In this document: one piece after another, positions 23,326-38,506 of the stretch
Layout: every line of letters starts with the position of its first letter
Numbering within the stretch: the first letter of the stretch is position 1
Source of the DNA: an uncultured delta proteobacterium
GTDB taxonomy: Bacteria; Myxococcota_A; UBA9160; SZUA-336
Assembly (NCBI GenBank): GCA_963704165.1
Contig: CAVPHD010000009.1
Location: 224,001 to 288,000, forward strand
DNA length: 64,000 nucleotides
Reading direction: 5' to 3'
The notes under the pieces: model-generated
What the model was told of the DNA's origin: nothing
What the model saw: only the letters and a program-made list of their open reading frames with translations
The model's database searches: none
Made by a program: the position numbers and the translations under genes

Positions 23326-23709
23326 GTGGCAAGCAACGGCAAGCACAAGCTCCTCGAGCGCGAGTTCGAGGATTTGCTCCTCGACGTACTGGATCAGGAC
23401 TACGACCTCGCCGTCCGGCGCCGAGACGACTCGCTCGAGCGTCGCCGGCGCGATCTGGCGACGCTGACCTTCTCGTACCGCTGGTGCGGCGCGAAGGAGG
23501 CTCGCGTGGTCGTGCGCGTGGAAGGCGCCCGGGACTTCAAGGCGATCCTGCCGATCGACGCGAGCTCGCCGGAGGAGCTGCGCCGGTCCGCGGAGGATTG
23601 CGAATCGCTGGTCTTGTTCCTGTCCGAGCACCTCGAGCGCAAGCGCGAGGATTCGCTCGCCGTCGCCGCCACCGGTCAGCTGCGTTGGGGCCGGCGCGAG
23701 GACGACTGA
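23326..23709 (+). CDS. Hypothetical protein (127 aa, charged, cytoplasmic)
   Basis: GGGAG SD then GTG; GC3-rich codons; fills the gap between nudC and the speE-like gene. Confidence 0.7.
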   Translation: MASNGKHKLLEREFEDLLLDVLDQDYDLAVRRRDDSLERRRRDLATLTFSYRWCGAKEARVVVRVEGARDFKAILPIDASSPEELRRSAEDCESLVLFLSEHLERKREDSLAVAATGQLRWGRREDD

Positions 23710-23743
23710 ACCGGATCCGCGTCGTGCGGTATAGACTCCCGCG

Positions 23744-26700
23744 ATGAACGACGAGAGAGAGCCCGCGCAGCCCGTCGGACTCGCGCTGACCGTCGCGATC
23801 GTCGCCTGTTTCTTCCTCTCGGGCGCGTCCAGCCTCGTGCTCGAGGTGGTCTGGTCGCGGCTCCTGCGCCTGGTCTTCGGCACCACCACGCTCGCCATCG
23901 CGACGATTCTGGTCGCGTACATGACCGGGCTCGGCATCGGCGGTCTGCTCGGCGGTCGCATCGCGGACCGAATTCGCAACGGCGTGCGCGCCTACGGTGC
24001 GATCGAGATCGTGGTCGGCGTCTATGCGCTCGCGATGCCGTTCGTCTTCTCGTTCGTGCCCGATCTCGCGCGCGCATTCCTCTCCGACCTCGCGTTCTGG
24101 CCCTCGGTGCTGGTCCGATTCGCGCTCGCGTTCACCGTCCTCTGCGCACCGACGATCGGCATGGGCCTCACGCTCCCGCTGCTGACGCGTGCGCTCGTTC
24201 GCGACGGGCGCACGGGCGCGGGGGTCGCCCTGCTCTACGGGCTGAACACGCTGGGCGCGGTGAGCGGCGTCTTCATCGCGACGTTCTTCCTGCTGCCGAC
24301 GCTCGGGGTCACGGGCAGCAACCACGTCGGTGCGATCGCGTACCTCGCGCTCGGCGGGATCGCGCTCCTGCTCGCCCGGTCCGCGGCGACGCGGAGCACG
24401 CCGATCGCGGCGAGCGAACCGGTCGCCGATCAACTCGCGCGTTGGAACCCGGCGCTGCTCGCCTACGGAACGGTCGGATTCACCGCGCTCGTCTACGAGG
24501 TCGCGTGGACCCGGGCGCTGTCGATGGTCATGGGTTCGTCGATCTACGCGTTCGCCTGCATGCTGGGCGCGTTCCTCTTCGGAATCGGAGCCGGGTCACT
24601 GGTCGCGCGCACGTTCGTCGATCGACTGCGAAGGCCGTTCCTCGCCTACGCGATCGGGATCGCGGCGGTGGGATTGCTCTCGCTCGTGTCGCTCTCGCTC
24701 CTGCCGCTACTGCCCGCCGCGTTCATGGCGCTGGTGCGGCGATTCGGGGGCTCGGCCGAGTATCTCGCCCTGTCCCAGTTCGCCGTCGCGTCCTGCGCGA
24801 TGCTCCCGCCCGCCCTCGTGCTCGGTGCGCTCTTTCCTCTGCTCACGCGCGCGCAGACGGCCGCGAGCGGCGCGGCCCCCGCCGTCGGCGACGTGTACTT
24901 CGTGAACACGATCGGCTCGGCGCTCGGCGCGTTCAGTGCCGGATTCGTGCTGCTTCCGCTGCTCGGTCTGCGCGGCACCGCCTCGGTCGCCGATCGCTGT
25001 GAATGCGCTGGCCTGTGCCGCGCTGCTCTTCTGGCGCGCCCACCCGAACACGCGCGTGCGTCTTGCGCTCGGAACGATCCCGGTGGTCTTCGCGGCGGCC
25101 ATCCTCTACTTCCCGCCCCCGCTCGATATCCGCCCGCTCGCGATGGGCGGGTTCGTGCCCGACACGATCTTCAGCGATTCGCACGAAGTGACGGAGCTCG
25201 AAGGCGTGGAGCCGGAGCGGATCCTCTTCTACCGCGACGGCCTCTCCGCGACGGTGTCGGTGCACCGCTATCGCGGAGAGACGGCGCTGCACATCAACGG
25301 GAAGGCCGACGCATCGTCGCTCCGGGACATGCCGACGCAGGTGCTGCTGGCGCAGACGCCGCTTCTGTTCGGCAAGCCCGCGCGGCGCGTGCTCGTGATC
25401 GGCTGGGCGTCCGGAATCACGGTCGGATCGGTTCTTCGCCACCCGGTCGAGCGGCTCGACTCGGTCGAACTCGAACCGGCGATGCTCGAGGCCTCTCACT
25501 TCTTCGACGACCTGAACGGCAAGCCGCTCGAGGATCCGCGCGTGCACGTGATCGTCGACGACGCGCGCTCCTACCTCGCGAACACCGACGAGAGCTACGA
25601 CGTGATCATCTCGGAGCCGTCGAATCCGTGGATCTCCGGCGTCGCGAATCTGTTCACGCGCGAGCACTTCCGCGAAGCGCGAAGAGCGCTCGTTCCCGGC
25701 GGCCGGCTCCTGCAGTGGCTGCCCCTCTACGCCACCGACCCCGACGTGCTGCGCTCGATTCTCGCCGCCCTGCGCAGCGAGTTCCCGTACGTGTACGGCT
25801 TCGTGCTCGACCGCGCGGTTCCCGACCTGATGCTGATGGCGACGACCGAGCCGCTCGACGTCCGCGACGTGAAACCGTTCGAGTCGCTTCCCGCCGCCGT
25901 GCAGTCGGACCTGTATCGAGTCGGCACGCGCTCGACCGCGGACATCTGGAGCCTCTTGCGCCTTCTTCCGGAAGACGTGGACGAGCTGATCGCCGAATCT
26001 GCGACGCTGAACACCGACGACAACCTTTTCGTCGAGCTGCGCACGCCCTGGCTCCTCTACGCCGATCAGTTCGCGGAGCCGGGCTCGGGACCGATGGACC
26101 GGACCTGGGCGACGATCGACGCCTTCCCCCCGGGCAGCGGGCGTTTGCTCGCCGCCGCGCCTCCGGAAGCCGGACTTCCGCGACCGGCCGAGGTCGGCAC
26201 TCGCTCACCTGGCCACGCGCCACGATTCCCCGGCCAGCGCCGCGTTGGTCGCGGTCTCGGGTGACTCCGGCGAGGCGGTTGCGACGCGCGTCCTTCTCTC
26301 GGAGACGGTCGACCAGGCCTCGTACGACGCCGAGCTCGACCGGGCGGTCGAGCTCGAGCCCGCGAGCTTCGCCGTGCGCGTGATCCGCGCCCGCTCCCAC
26401 TTGCGGAACGGGGAACTCGCCGACGCGCTCGAGGACGTCGACGCCGCACTCGCCCTCCGCCCCGACGACCCGGCGACACTCGCCCTGCGCGCTTCGATCC
26501 TGCTTCGCAGCGACCGGGCAGAGGAAGCGCTGCAGGCGCTCGGGTCGGTCCGGACGACCGAGTACTGGCAGCTTCAGCCCCCGCTCTGGATGCTCGCCGC
26601 ACAAGTGGAACTCGCGCTGAACCGCGCCGGGGAGAGCATCCCCCTGCTCGAGCGCTACGCGGAATCGGAGCCCGGTCTCGCGCTCGTCTGGCAACTGCTC

Positions 26701-26901
26701 GAGCAGGCCTATCTCTCGATGGAGCTCGACCCGTTCGCCCTTCGCGCGCGACGCAATCTCGCGATCAACCTGTACATGGTCGGGCTCGATGCCGAACGCA
26801 GAGGCGAGACGGAGCGCGCGATCGATGCGCTACGCCGTTCGCTCCTCGCCGCACCGAACTACGCACCCGCCGTGGAGGCACTCGCGCGATTGGGCGGATA
26901 G
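23744..26901 (+). CDS. Fused multi-TM (MFS-like)/spermidine-synthase-like SAM-binding protein with C-terminal TPRs; frameshifts near 24990 and 26200
   Basis: FFLSGASSLVLEVVWSR, LYGLNTLGA, YFVNTIGS repeats; LHINGKADAS, VLVIGWASGIT, VELEPAM, DDARSYL, YDVIISEPSNPW; helical TPR-like tail. Confidence 0.85.
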
Positions 26902-26914
26902 AGGCGACGTCTGG

Positions 26915-27911
26915 ATGGAACTCGAGCCGCGCGAGTACTCGAAACGCCTCGGCTCGCTGACGTCCGTGCAGCTGCGGTCGGCACTCGCGCGTTTCGAGCT
27001 GGGCGAGCCGTGGCGGCAGAGCCCGCTCCGGGCGGGCTCTTCGGACAGAACGTCTTCGTGACGAGCACGCACGGCGAGTTCGTGCTGCGCGGCTGCCCGC
27101 ACGCCGCCTGGCAGTTCCCCAAGGAGCGGTTCTTCGCGCGCGTCTTGCACGAGCGATCGCGCGTACCGGTTCCGTGGCCGTACCGGCTCGAACCCTCCCC
27201 CGACATCTTCGGCTGGAGCTACGCGATCCTGCCGAAGCTGCCCGGAATGAACGTCGCCCTGCCCGACGCGCGCGCCGCGCTCACGGCCGGCGAGCACGCG
27301 GAGATCGCCGCCGCGCTCGGCGTGGCGCTCGCGGAGCTGCACACGGTCGTGTGGGATGTTCCCGGCGACTACGATCCGTCGAGCGACGCGATCCGCGCGA
27401 TCGACGGCCGCTTCGAAGATCGCGTCGTCGCACGGCTGCGCGATCGGCTGGTCCGCTGTCGCGAGGCTTCCGACGCTACGACCGACGACGACGTGCGTGG
27501 GCGGAGGCGATCATCGCGCGCTCGCGCGCGGCGCTCCGAGGGGACTTCCAGCCGACGTTCGTCCACGCCGACTACGCCGAGGGCAACGTCCTCGTCCGGC
27601 GCGCCGGGTCCGGCGGGTCGGTGAGCGGGGTGCTCGACCTGATGACCGCGTACGTCGGCGATCCGGAAGAGGATCTCGTGCGGATTCTCGCGAACTACGC
27701 GCGCGCGAATCCCGAGGCCGCACGGCGATTCCGAGCCGCGTACCACGCACACCACCCGAAGCGCCCGGGATTCGCCGAGCGGCTTCCGATCTACGCGCTC
27801 GCCGACAGCGTCACGTTCTGGGAATACGGTCAGCGCAACCGCGTCTGGTTTCGCGAGGGCCAGTGCCTGCGCGACTTCGCCGAGCGGTTCATCGCGCGCC
27901 TGCAAGACTGA
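26915..27911 (+). CDS. Aminoglycoside phosphotransferase/choline-kinase-like protein (frameshifts near 27010 and 27497)
   Basis: GGLFGQNVFV...EFVLRG, VPVPWP, FVHADYAEGNVLV (HxDxxxxN), GVLDL. Confidence 0.82.
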
Positions 27912-27917
27912 CGAGTG

Positions 27918-27994
27918 TGGCGACCCAGGCAGGATTCGAACCTGCGACCTTCTGCTCCGGAGGCAGACGCTCTATCCAGCTGAGCTACTGGGTC
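27918..27994 (-). tRNA. tRNA-Arg(CCG)
   Basis: GACCCAG acceptor stem, anticodon arm TCTGC-CTCCGGA-GCAGA, GGTTCGAATCC, encoded CCA; 77 nt. Confidence 0.97.
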
Positions 27995-28004
27995 GGGGGA
28001 GAAA

Positions 28005-30588
<2,584 letters not shown>

Positions 30589-30605
30589 CGCTCCGGACCC
30601 TGCGC

Positions 30606-31010
30606 CTACCGCTTCGAGTACTGGAAGCGGGCGCGAGCCCCCTTCTGGCCGTACTTCTTGCGCTCTTTCTCGCGCGCGTCCCGGGTCAAGAGTCCGGCGC
30701 GCTTCAGCGTCGGGCGCAGCTCCGGGTCGTACTTCTGAAGCGCGCGCGCGATGCCGTGGCGGATCGCGCCGGCCTGGCCGGTGTCGCCGCCGCCCTTCAC
30801 CGTGATGAACATGTCGAAGTTGCCCATGTGTTCGACGGCTCGCATGGGCTCGAGGAAGTGCATGCGAAGAATCTCGCGCGGGAAGTAGTCCTCGGCGGCA
30901 CGGTGATTGATCTTCACGTCGCCCGTTCCGAGTCGGATGAAGACGCGCGCGGTCGCCGTCTTCCGGCGTCCGGTGGCGTAGAAGCGGGAGGACTGGCGCG
31001 CCATCGTCAT
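30606..31010 (-). CDS. rpsI: 30S ribosomal protein S9
   Basis: [47 protein letters not shown]. Confidence 0.98.
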   Translation of the reverse strand: MTMARQSSRFYATGRRKTATARVFIRLGTGDVKINHRAAEDYFPREILRMHFLEPMRAVEHMGNFDMFITVKGGGDTGQAGAIRHGIARALQKYDPELRPTLKRAGLLTRDAREKERKKYGQKGARARFQYSKR

Positions 31011-31456
31011 CTGCGGATCTCCAGAGGCTGCGGGGATTGCGCGGCGTGCGGGTGGCTCGCGCCCGGGTAGATCTTCAGCTTCGTCAGCATGCGCCGCCCG
31101 AGCGGCCCCTTGGGAAGCATGCCCTTCACGGCGGCGCGCAGCACACGGTCCGGATGCGTCTCGAGCATGCGCCCCGCGGTCGTGGTGCGCAGTCCGCCCG
31201 CGTACCCGGAGTGGCGCACGTACTCTTTCTTCTCGAGCTTGCGGCCGGTCAGGCGGACGTTCTTGGCGTTGACCACCACGACGAAATCACCGCCATCGAC
31301 GTGCGGCGTGTAGGTCGGTTTGTGTTTGCCGCGCAGGATCGTCGCGAGGCGCGATGCGAATCGTCCGAGCACCTGATCGGCGGCATCGGCGACGTACCAG
31401 CGACGCACGACCTCGGCTTCGCCGATGCTGCGGGTCGGATTCTTCGGATTGGGCAA
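31007..31456 (-). CDS. rplM: 50S ribosomal protein L13
   Basis: [47 protein letters not shown]. Confidence 0.98.
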   Translation of the reverse strand: MPNPKNPTRSIGEAEVVRRWYVADAADQVLGRFASRLATILRGKHKPTYTPHVDGGDFVVVVNAKNVRLTGRKLEKKEYVRHSGYAGGLRTTTAGRMLETHPDRVLRAAVKGMLPKGPLGRRMLTKLKIYPGASHPHAAQSPQPLEIRR

Positions 31457-31485
31457 GGAGTTCCCCTAGGCTCGGGAGCGGCCAT

Positions 31486-31514
31486 GGGATACTCGATCGA
31501 GGCTTTCGGGTCAA
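31486..31514 (-). promoter_or_regulatory. Sigma70-type promoter for rplM-rpsI
   Basis: TTGACC-17 nt-TATCCC; the -35 overlaps the truA stop. Confidence 0.5.
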
Positions 31515-32272
31515 GCCGAGTCCTCGTCGTAGATCACGCGCTCGAGGCAGAGACCGTGGGCCGGGGCGGAGGGAGCCGCGCGGCCCCGATCCCCGGAGGC
31601 GAGGATCGCCGCCATCTCCGCGGCCGGCCGCTTGCCCTGCCCGATCTCGACCAGCGTTCCGACCAGATTCCGGACCATCTGGCGCAGGAAACTCCGGCCG
31701 AGAACCTCGATCCGAACCTCCTCGCCGGGGGTCCGATCCACGTCGAGGCGATGGAGCGTCCGGCGCGGACGCTCGTGCTCGGGTGGCCCCCCGGGGGCCG
31801 TCCGAAAGGCGCTGAAATCGTGGCTGCCGATCAGGGGCAGCGCGGCCTCCGCCATCGCCGTCACGTCGAGCGGCCCCCAGACGTGCCAGGCGTAGCGGGC
31901 CCGGAGCGCGCTCGGCGTGCTCGAATTGAGGATTCGATAGACGTAGAGCTTTCCGGTCGCCGATTTCCGCGCGTGGAACTCCGGTGCCGCGACCGCGATC
32001 TCGGTCACGGCGACGTCGTCGGGCAGCACCGCGTTCAGCGCCCGCGCGAGATCCGGCGGATCGAGCCGCGACTCGCAGTCCACGTGGGCGACCTGCGCTC
32101 GTGCATGCACGCCCGCATCGGTGCGGCCCGCCGGCACCAGTCGCCACGATTCGCCGGTGATCTCTCGCAACGCCTGCTCGACCACGCCCTGCACGCAGCG
32201 TCGTCCCGGCTGGACCTGCCAGCCCGAGAAATCGGTGCCGTCGTACTCGAGGACGAGGCGAAGGCGCCGCAC
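31511..32272 (-). CDS. truA: tRNA pseudouridine(38-40) synthase
   Basis: YDGTDFSGWQ, AGRTDAGVHA, GSHDFSAF, SFLRQMVRNLVG, APAHGLCL. Confidence 0.97.
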   Translation of the reverse strand: MRRLRLVLEYDGTDFSGWQVQPGRRCVQGVVEQALREITGESWRLVPAGRTDAGVHARAQVAHVDCESRLDPPDLARALNAVLPDDVAVTEIAVAAPEFHARKSATGKLYVYRILNSSTPSALRARYAWHVWGPLDVTAMAEAALPLIGSHDFSAFRTAPGGPPEHERPRRTLHRLDVDRTPGEEVRIEVLGRSFLRQMVRNLVGTLVEIGQGKRPAAEMAAILASGDRGRAAPSAPAHGLCLERVIYDEDSA

Positions 32273-32274
32273 GT

Positions 32275-33273
32275 CTAGGCCGTGAGTGCCTCGGCCGCGC
32301 CGACGACTCCGAGCGCGGCGCCGAGACGCAGATCGTTCAGCGCGACGACGAAGGCGAGACGACTCCCCGACGCTCGCACACGCCCGACGGCCGCGTCGTC
32401 GTGTCCGAGGGATCCGCGCGGCGTCGGCAGCTCTTCGTCGCCGAGCAGGCCGACGCCCGCCTGCTTCGCCCAGAGGCTCGAAGCCTCGTCCACGCTGACG
32501 GGTTTGGAGAGCTCGGCGTGGATCGCCGCGAGGCTTCCGCCGAGCGTCGGAATCCGCACGCGGGTGAGCTCGATCGGCAGATCCGGAGACGCGAGCAAGC
32601 GCCGCAGTACGGCGCGCAGCCGGAGCTCCTCGCTGGTGTCACCGTCCGCGTCGAGCGTGCCGATCTGCGGCAGACAGTCGAACGCGAGTGACTGGGGGAA
32701 GACCTCGGACTCGGCACGCTCGCCACTCATGCGATTCAGCACCTGAGCCGTGTGATCGGTCAGCTCACTCACACCCGCGAAGCCAGCACCCGATGCGGAC
32801 TCGAGCGTCACTCCGGTCACCCGGGAGAGGATCCCGGCCGAGCTGAACGGCGCCAGCGCGAGCGCGATTCCGGTCGCGATCCCGCGCGGAATCGCGACGA
32901 AGCGCGGGCGCGAATCCCCCGCGGGGAGCGCGGAGAGACCCGGAAGCCAGAGCGGTACGTCGGGATCTTCCTCGAGCGAGCCCGAGACGTCGATCACGCG
33001 CGCGTTGCCTCGCCGCAGCGCTGGCAGAAGCGCGGGCAGCAGCTTGGGCGCCGCACTGAGCACGAGATCGCACGACGCGAGCTCTTCGCCACGGGCGCGG
33101 GTGACCTTCACGGACCCCCCGCGGAACTCGATCTCGTCGCCCTCGGAATCGACCGATGCGCAGGCGATCAGCTCGCGGACCGGAAAGCGCCGTTCCTCGA
33201 GGACCTGGAGGATCTCGGCACCGACGGCGCCCGTCGCGCCGAGCACGGCAACTCGCAGGCCGGCGTTCGCCAT
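32275..33273 (-). CDS. Usg-like aspartate-semialdehyde dehydrogenase paralog (catalytic residues degenerate)
   Basis: VAVLGATGAVG, SASGAG, FPQSLAFDCLPQIG, VGRVR, NDLRLGAA; lacks NPNC and the catalytic His; between leuB and truA. Confidence 0.85.
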   Translation of the reverse strand: MANAGLRVAVLGATGAVGAEILQVLEERRFPVRELIACASVDSEGDEIEFRGGSVKVTRARGEELASCDLVLSAAPKLLPALLPALRRGNARVIDVSGSLEEDPDVPLWLPGLSALPAGDSRPRFVAIPRGIATGIALALAPFSSAGILSRVTGVTLESASGAGFAGVSELTDHTAQVLNRMSGERAESEVFPQSLAFDCLPQIGTLDADGDTSEELRLRAVLRRLLASPDLPIELTRVRIPTLGGSLAAIHAELSKPVSVDEASSLWAKQAGVGLLGDEELPTPRGSLGHDDAAVGRVRASGSRLAFVVALNDLRLGAALGVVGAAEALTA

Positions 33274-34334
33274 CAGCGCAGAGCCTCGCGAACGCGTCGG
33301 CCCATCTCGCGTGTACCGACGAGTGAGTGACCCGGACCCGCGCCGAGATCGCCGGTGCGATAGCCCTTGTCGAGGACCACCTCGACCGCGCGCCGGATGC
33401 GCGCCGCCTCGGAAGCGCGCGCGAGGCCATGCTCGAGCAGCATCGCGACCGACAAGATCGCCGCGAGCGGGTTCGCCTTGTCCTGGCCCGCGATGTCGGG
33501 TGCGCTGCCGTGGATCGGCTCGAACAGGCCGCGGCCCTCGTCGCCCAGGCTCGCCGACGGCAACATGCCCAGCGAGCCGGTGATCATCGCGGCCTCGTCG
33601 GACAGGATGTCGCCGAACATGTTCGGGCAGAGCAGCACGTCGAAGCGAGGCGCGTCCCGCAGAAGAACCATGGCCGCCGAGTCGACGAGCTGGTGCTCGA
33701 GCTTCACGTCGGGAAATTCCGTCGCGATCTCCTCGACGATCTCGTTCCAGAACGCGCAGACCTCGAGCACGTTGGCCTTGTGGATGTTCGTCACGAGCTT
33801 CTTGCGCCCGCGTGCGGTGCGAAACGCGACGCGCGAGATGCGCGCGACCTCGTGCTCGTCGTAGACCTCGGTGTTGAGCGCGCGGCGCACGCCGTCGCGA
33901 TCCGCGCGGCCGCGCGGCTCGCCGTAGTAGATCCCGCCGGTGAGCTCGCGCACGACGACGAGATCGACCCCGTCCACGCAAGCTCGCTTCAACGGGCTCG
34001 CGTCCGCGAGCGCGGGCATCACCGCCGCGGGGCGCAGATTCGCGTAGAGCCCGAGCTCCTTGCGGATGCGGAGCAGGCCGCGCTCGGGTCGCTGGGACGG
34101 CGGAAGCGCATCCCACTTCGGCCCCCCGACCGCGCCGAGCAGCACCACGCCGCAGACCTTCGCGCGCTCGACCGTCGCGTCGGATAGCGGCGCGCCCTCG
34201 GCGTCGATCGCGCAGCCGCCGATCTGCGCGGCCTCCGTCTCGACGTCGGGTGCGACCATGCGCAAGACCTCGACCGCCTCGGCCGTGACTTCGGGACCGA
34301 TCCCGTCCCCCGGGAGCACCAGTACGCGGCTCAC
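33273..34334 (-). CDS. leuB: 3-isopropylmalate dehydrogenase
   Basis: LPGDGIGPEV, RPERGLLRIRK, VRELTGGIYYG, NMFGDILSDEA, EPIHGSAPDIAG. Confidence 0.97.
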   Translation of the reverse strand: MSRVLVLPGDGIGPEVTAEAVEVLRMVAPDVETEAAQIGGCAIDAEGAPLSDATVERAKVCGVVLLGAVGGPKWDALPPSQRPERGLLRIRKELGLYANLRPAAVMPALADASPLKRACVDGVDLVVVRELTGGIYYGEPRGRADRDGVRRALNTEVYDEHEVARISRVAFRTARGRKKLVTNIHKANVLEVCAFWNEIVEEIATEFPDVKLEHQLVDSAAMVLLRDAPRFDVLLCPNMFGDILSDEAAMITGSLGMLPSASLGDEGRGLFEPIHGSAPDIAGQDKANPLAAILSVAMLLEHGLARASEAARIRRAVEVVLDKGYRTGDLGAGPGHSLVGTREMGRRVREALR

Positions 34335-34338
34335 GGCT

Positions 34339-35872
<1,534 letters not shown>

Positions 35873-35886
<14 letters not shown>

Positions 35887-36700
35887 GGCTCGGCTCCGCC
35901 TCGACTTCGGCCGCGACTCCCTCGGCCGCATGCGCGGGCGTTCTGCGCTCCAGCCACCACACCACCGGACCGGAGAGCACGTAGGCGATGCCGAGTCCGA
36001 AGAGCATCCACTCGTGGTTCAAGAGCACGATGATCGCGAAGACGATCAGCGCCACGAGTGCGGGATAGCCGCGAGCGCCCTCGATCCGGACGGCCTTGAG
36101 GCTCGGATACGGGATCGTGCTCACCATCAGGAGCGCGAGCAGCGCGAAGAAGCTCGTGATCCCGATCCCGAGCGGCCGCGGGAACGGCGGCGCGAATCCG
36201 ACCCAGGTGATGAACCAGACCGTGGCCGCGACCATGCCCCCCGCAAAGGTCGTGGCGATGCCCTGGAAATACTTCGTGCTCGGCTCATCCGCCCGGGCGT
36301 TGAACCGCGCGAGCCGGAGTGCCGCGCAGAGCGCGAACAAGCCCGCGATCAGCCAGCCACGCGGTCCCAGGGGCAGCAGCATCCAGTTGTACATCAGCAG
36401 CGCGGGCGCGAGACCGAACGCCGTCAGGTCGGAGAGCGAGTCGAACTCGAAGCCGAAGCGGCTCTGCGAATGGGTGGCCCGCGCGACGCGGCCGTCGAGC
36501 ATGTCGCAGATGGTGGCCAGCACGATCGCGAGCGCCGCCTTCTCGAATTCACCGCGGATCGAGAGCGTGATCGACCAGAAGCCGAGCATGAGCCCGGCGC
36601 TGGTGATCAGGTTCGGAAGCAGGAACACCGCACGGCGTCGGCCGCGTCGGTTGCCCCGACGTCGCCGCCTCCGATCCCGGAACTCCCCGTCCCGCGACAT
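35873..36700 (-). CDS. pssA: CDP-diacylglycerol--serine O-phosphatidyltransferase
   Basis: LLPNLIT, DMLDGRVAR...SRFGFEFDSLSD...FGLAPA, CAALRLARFN, LMVSTIPY. Confidence 0.92.
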
Positions 36701-36710
36701 CACGGTCCCC

Positions 36711-37727
36711 TCAGTTCCGACTGCGATCGACGAGCTTGTTCTCCCGCAGCCAGGGCATCATCGCGCGGAGCTCCTTGCCGATCTTCTCGACCGGATGCTC
36801 CTCGCCGAGCCTCCCGAGTGCCGTGAAGACGGGCTTGCCGACACGCGCCTCCTGCAGCCACTCGCTCGCGAAGCGGCCGGACTGGATCTCGCCGAGGATC
36901 CGCTTCATCTCGGCCTTCGTCTCGGCGGTGACGATGCGCGGCCCGCGCGTCAGGTCGCCGAAACGCGCGGTGTTCGAGACCGAGTAGCGCATGTTCGAGA
37001 TGCCGCCCTCGTAGATCAGATCGACGATCAGCTTCACCTCGTGGATGCACTCGAAGTACGCCATCTCGGGTGCGTAGCCGGCCTCGATCAGCGTTTCGAA
37101 TCCCGCCTGCATGAGCGCGGTGAGCCCGCCGCAGAGAACCGCCTGCTCACCGAAGAGGTCGGTCTCGGTTTCCTCGCGGATCGTGGTCTGGATGATCCCC
37201 GCGCGCCCGCCGCCGATTCCCTTTGCGTAGGCGAGGCCGACCTCGAGCGTGTTCCCCGACGGATCGCGATCGACCGCCACCAGGCAGGGCACACCGCCGC
37301 CCTTCGCGTACGCGGCGCGAACGAGGTGCCCCGGACCCTTGGGCGCGACCATGAACGTGTTCACGCCGTCGGGCGGAGCGATGCAGCCGAAGTGGAAATT
37401 GAAACCGTGCGCGAGCGCGAGGTAGTTTCCGGCCTTCAGATTCGGCCGGATGTCGGCCTCGTAGATCTGCGCCATCGTCTCGTCGGGCAGCGTCATCATC
37501 ACGACGTCGCCCGCGGCCGCCGCGTCGGCAACCGAGAGCACGCGAAGCCCGGCCGCTTCCGCCTTCTTCGAGGTCGGGGATCCCGGACGCAGACCGACCA
37601 CGACGTCGACACCGCTCTCCTTCAGATTCAGGGAGTGCGCGTGCCCCTGACTGCCATAGCCGAGTATCGCCACCGTCCGGCCTTCGAGGCGGGCGAGGTC
37701 CGCGTCCTTGTCGTAGTACACGCGCAT
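36711..37727 (-). CDS. ilvC: Ketol-acid reductoisomerase
   Basis: [52 protein letters not shown]. Confidence 0.98.
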   Translation of the reverse strand: MRVYYDKDADLARLEGRTVAILGYGSQGHAHSLNLKESGVDVVVGLRPGSPTSKKAEAAGLRVLSVADAAAAGDVVMMTLPDETMAQIYEADIRPNLKAGNYLALAHGFNFHFGCIAPPDGVNTFMVAPKGPGHLVRAAYAKGGGVPCLVAVDRDPSGNTLEVGLAYAKGIGGGRAGIIQTTIREETETDLFGEQAVLCGGLTALMQAGFETLIEAGYAPEMAYFECIHEVKLIVDLIYEGGISNMRYSVSNTARFGDLTRGPRIVTAETKAEMKRILGEIQSGRFASEWLQEARVGKPVFTALGRLGEEHPVEKIGKELRAMMPWLRENKLVDRSRN

Positions 37728-37798
37728 CCGATCAACTCCTTGGGAGACCGCAGATATCGTTGGATTCCGCGGCCTTATCCGATGTCTCGGGGATCGAT

Positions 37799-38500
37799 CT
37801 AGGGTATGGGTTCACTGCTTACGTGTAAAGCCAAGCGCCTGGCTTCGGCCTCGGCTCGGCGCAGATAGCGCAGCTCCACGCGCTCCGGCGCGACCGCGTG
37901 ACCGGCAACGGCGAGGCGCAGACCGAGCCGGCCGACGCTCGACGCGCGCAAGCAGCCGGCAGCTTCCGGCAGGAAGACCGCACGAGCGCCGAGTCGCTCG
38001 GCGATCTCAGCGCGGTGGAGCGCGACACCGCTGCCGAGGAAGGCGATCTCCCCGGCACGCGGCAACCGCGAGACGAACCCCGGCACGGAGCTACACGAAT
38101 CGGCGACACGCTCGCGGCCGTCGGCAGCGTAGAGACCGGCGTAGATCTCTCCGCGCCGTGCATCGAGAATCGGCGCGATCGGACCGTCGACGCCCGCCTG
38201 CGTCGCGAGCGCAGCGAGCGTGGGCACCGGAACCAGGCGTCGGTCCGTGCCGAACGTCAGGCCGAGCGCGGTCGCGAGCCCGATGCGCAGGCCGGTGAAC
38301 GATCCCGGGCCGATCGTGAGCGCGATTCGATCGACCGCGTCGAGGGAGGCGCTCTGCTCGACGAGTAGGCGCTCGACGCAGACGAGGAGCGACGCGGCGT
38401 GGCGCTCGCCCTCGTCGAGAGACAGCTCGCCGAGCAGGGCCTCGCCCGCGAAGAGCGCGACGGAACCGCGCTCTCCGGAGGTGTCCAGCGCGAGCAACAC
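37799..38500 (-). CDS. tsaB: t6A biosynthesis protein TsaB
   Basis: [31 protein letters not shown]. Confidence 0.95.
   Translation of the reverse strand: MLLALDTSGERGSVALFAGEALLGELSLDEGERHAASLLVCVERLLVEQSASLDAVDRIALTIGPGSFTGLRIGLATALGLTFGTDRRLVPVPTLAALATQAGVDGPIAPILDARRGEIYAGLYAADGRERVADSCSSVPGFVSRLPRAGEIAFLGSGVALHRAEIAERLGARAVFLPEAAGCLRASSVGRLGLRLAVAGHAVAPERVELRYLRRAEAEARRLALHVSSEPIP
37801..37829 (-). promoter_or_regulatory. Sigma70-type promoter for ilvC-pssA-leuA-leuB, inside the 3' end of tsaB
   Basis: TTTACA-17 nt-TACCCT, followed by a structured leader of about 67 nt. Confidence 0.62.
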
Positions 38501-38506
38501 GATGCG

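Noticed and set aside
26915..27911. Aminoglycoside resistance gene
   Set aside because: Only generic APH/choline-kinase motifs are present, with no recognisable similarity to clinical aph genes and no mobile context.
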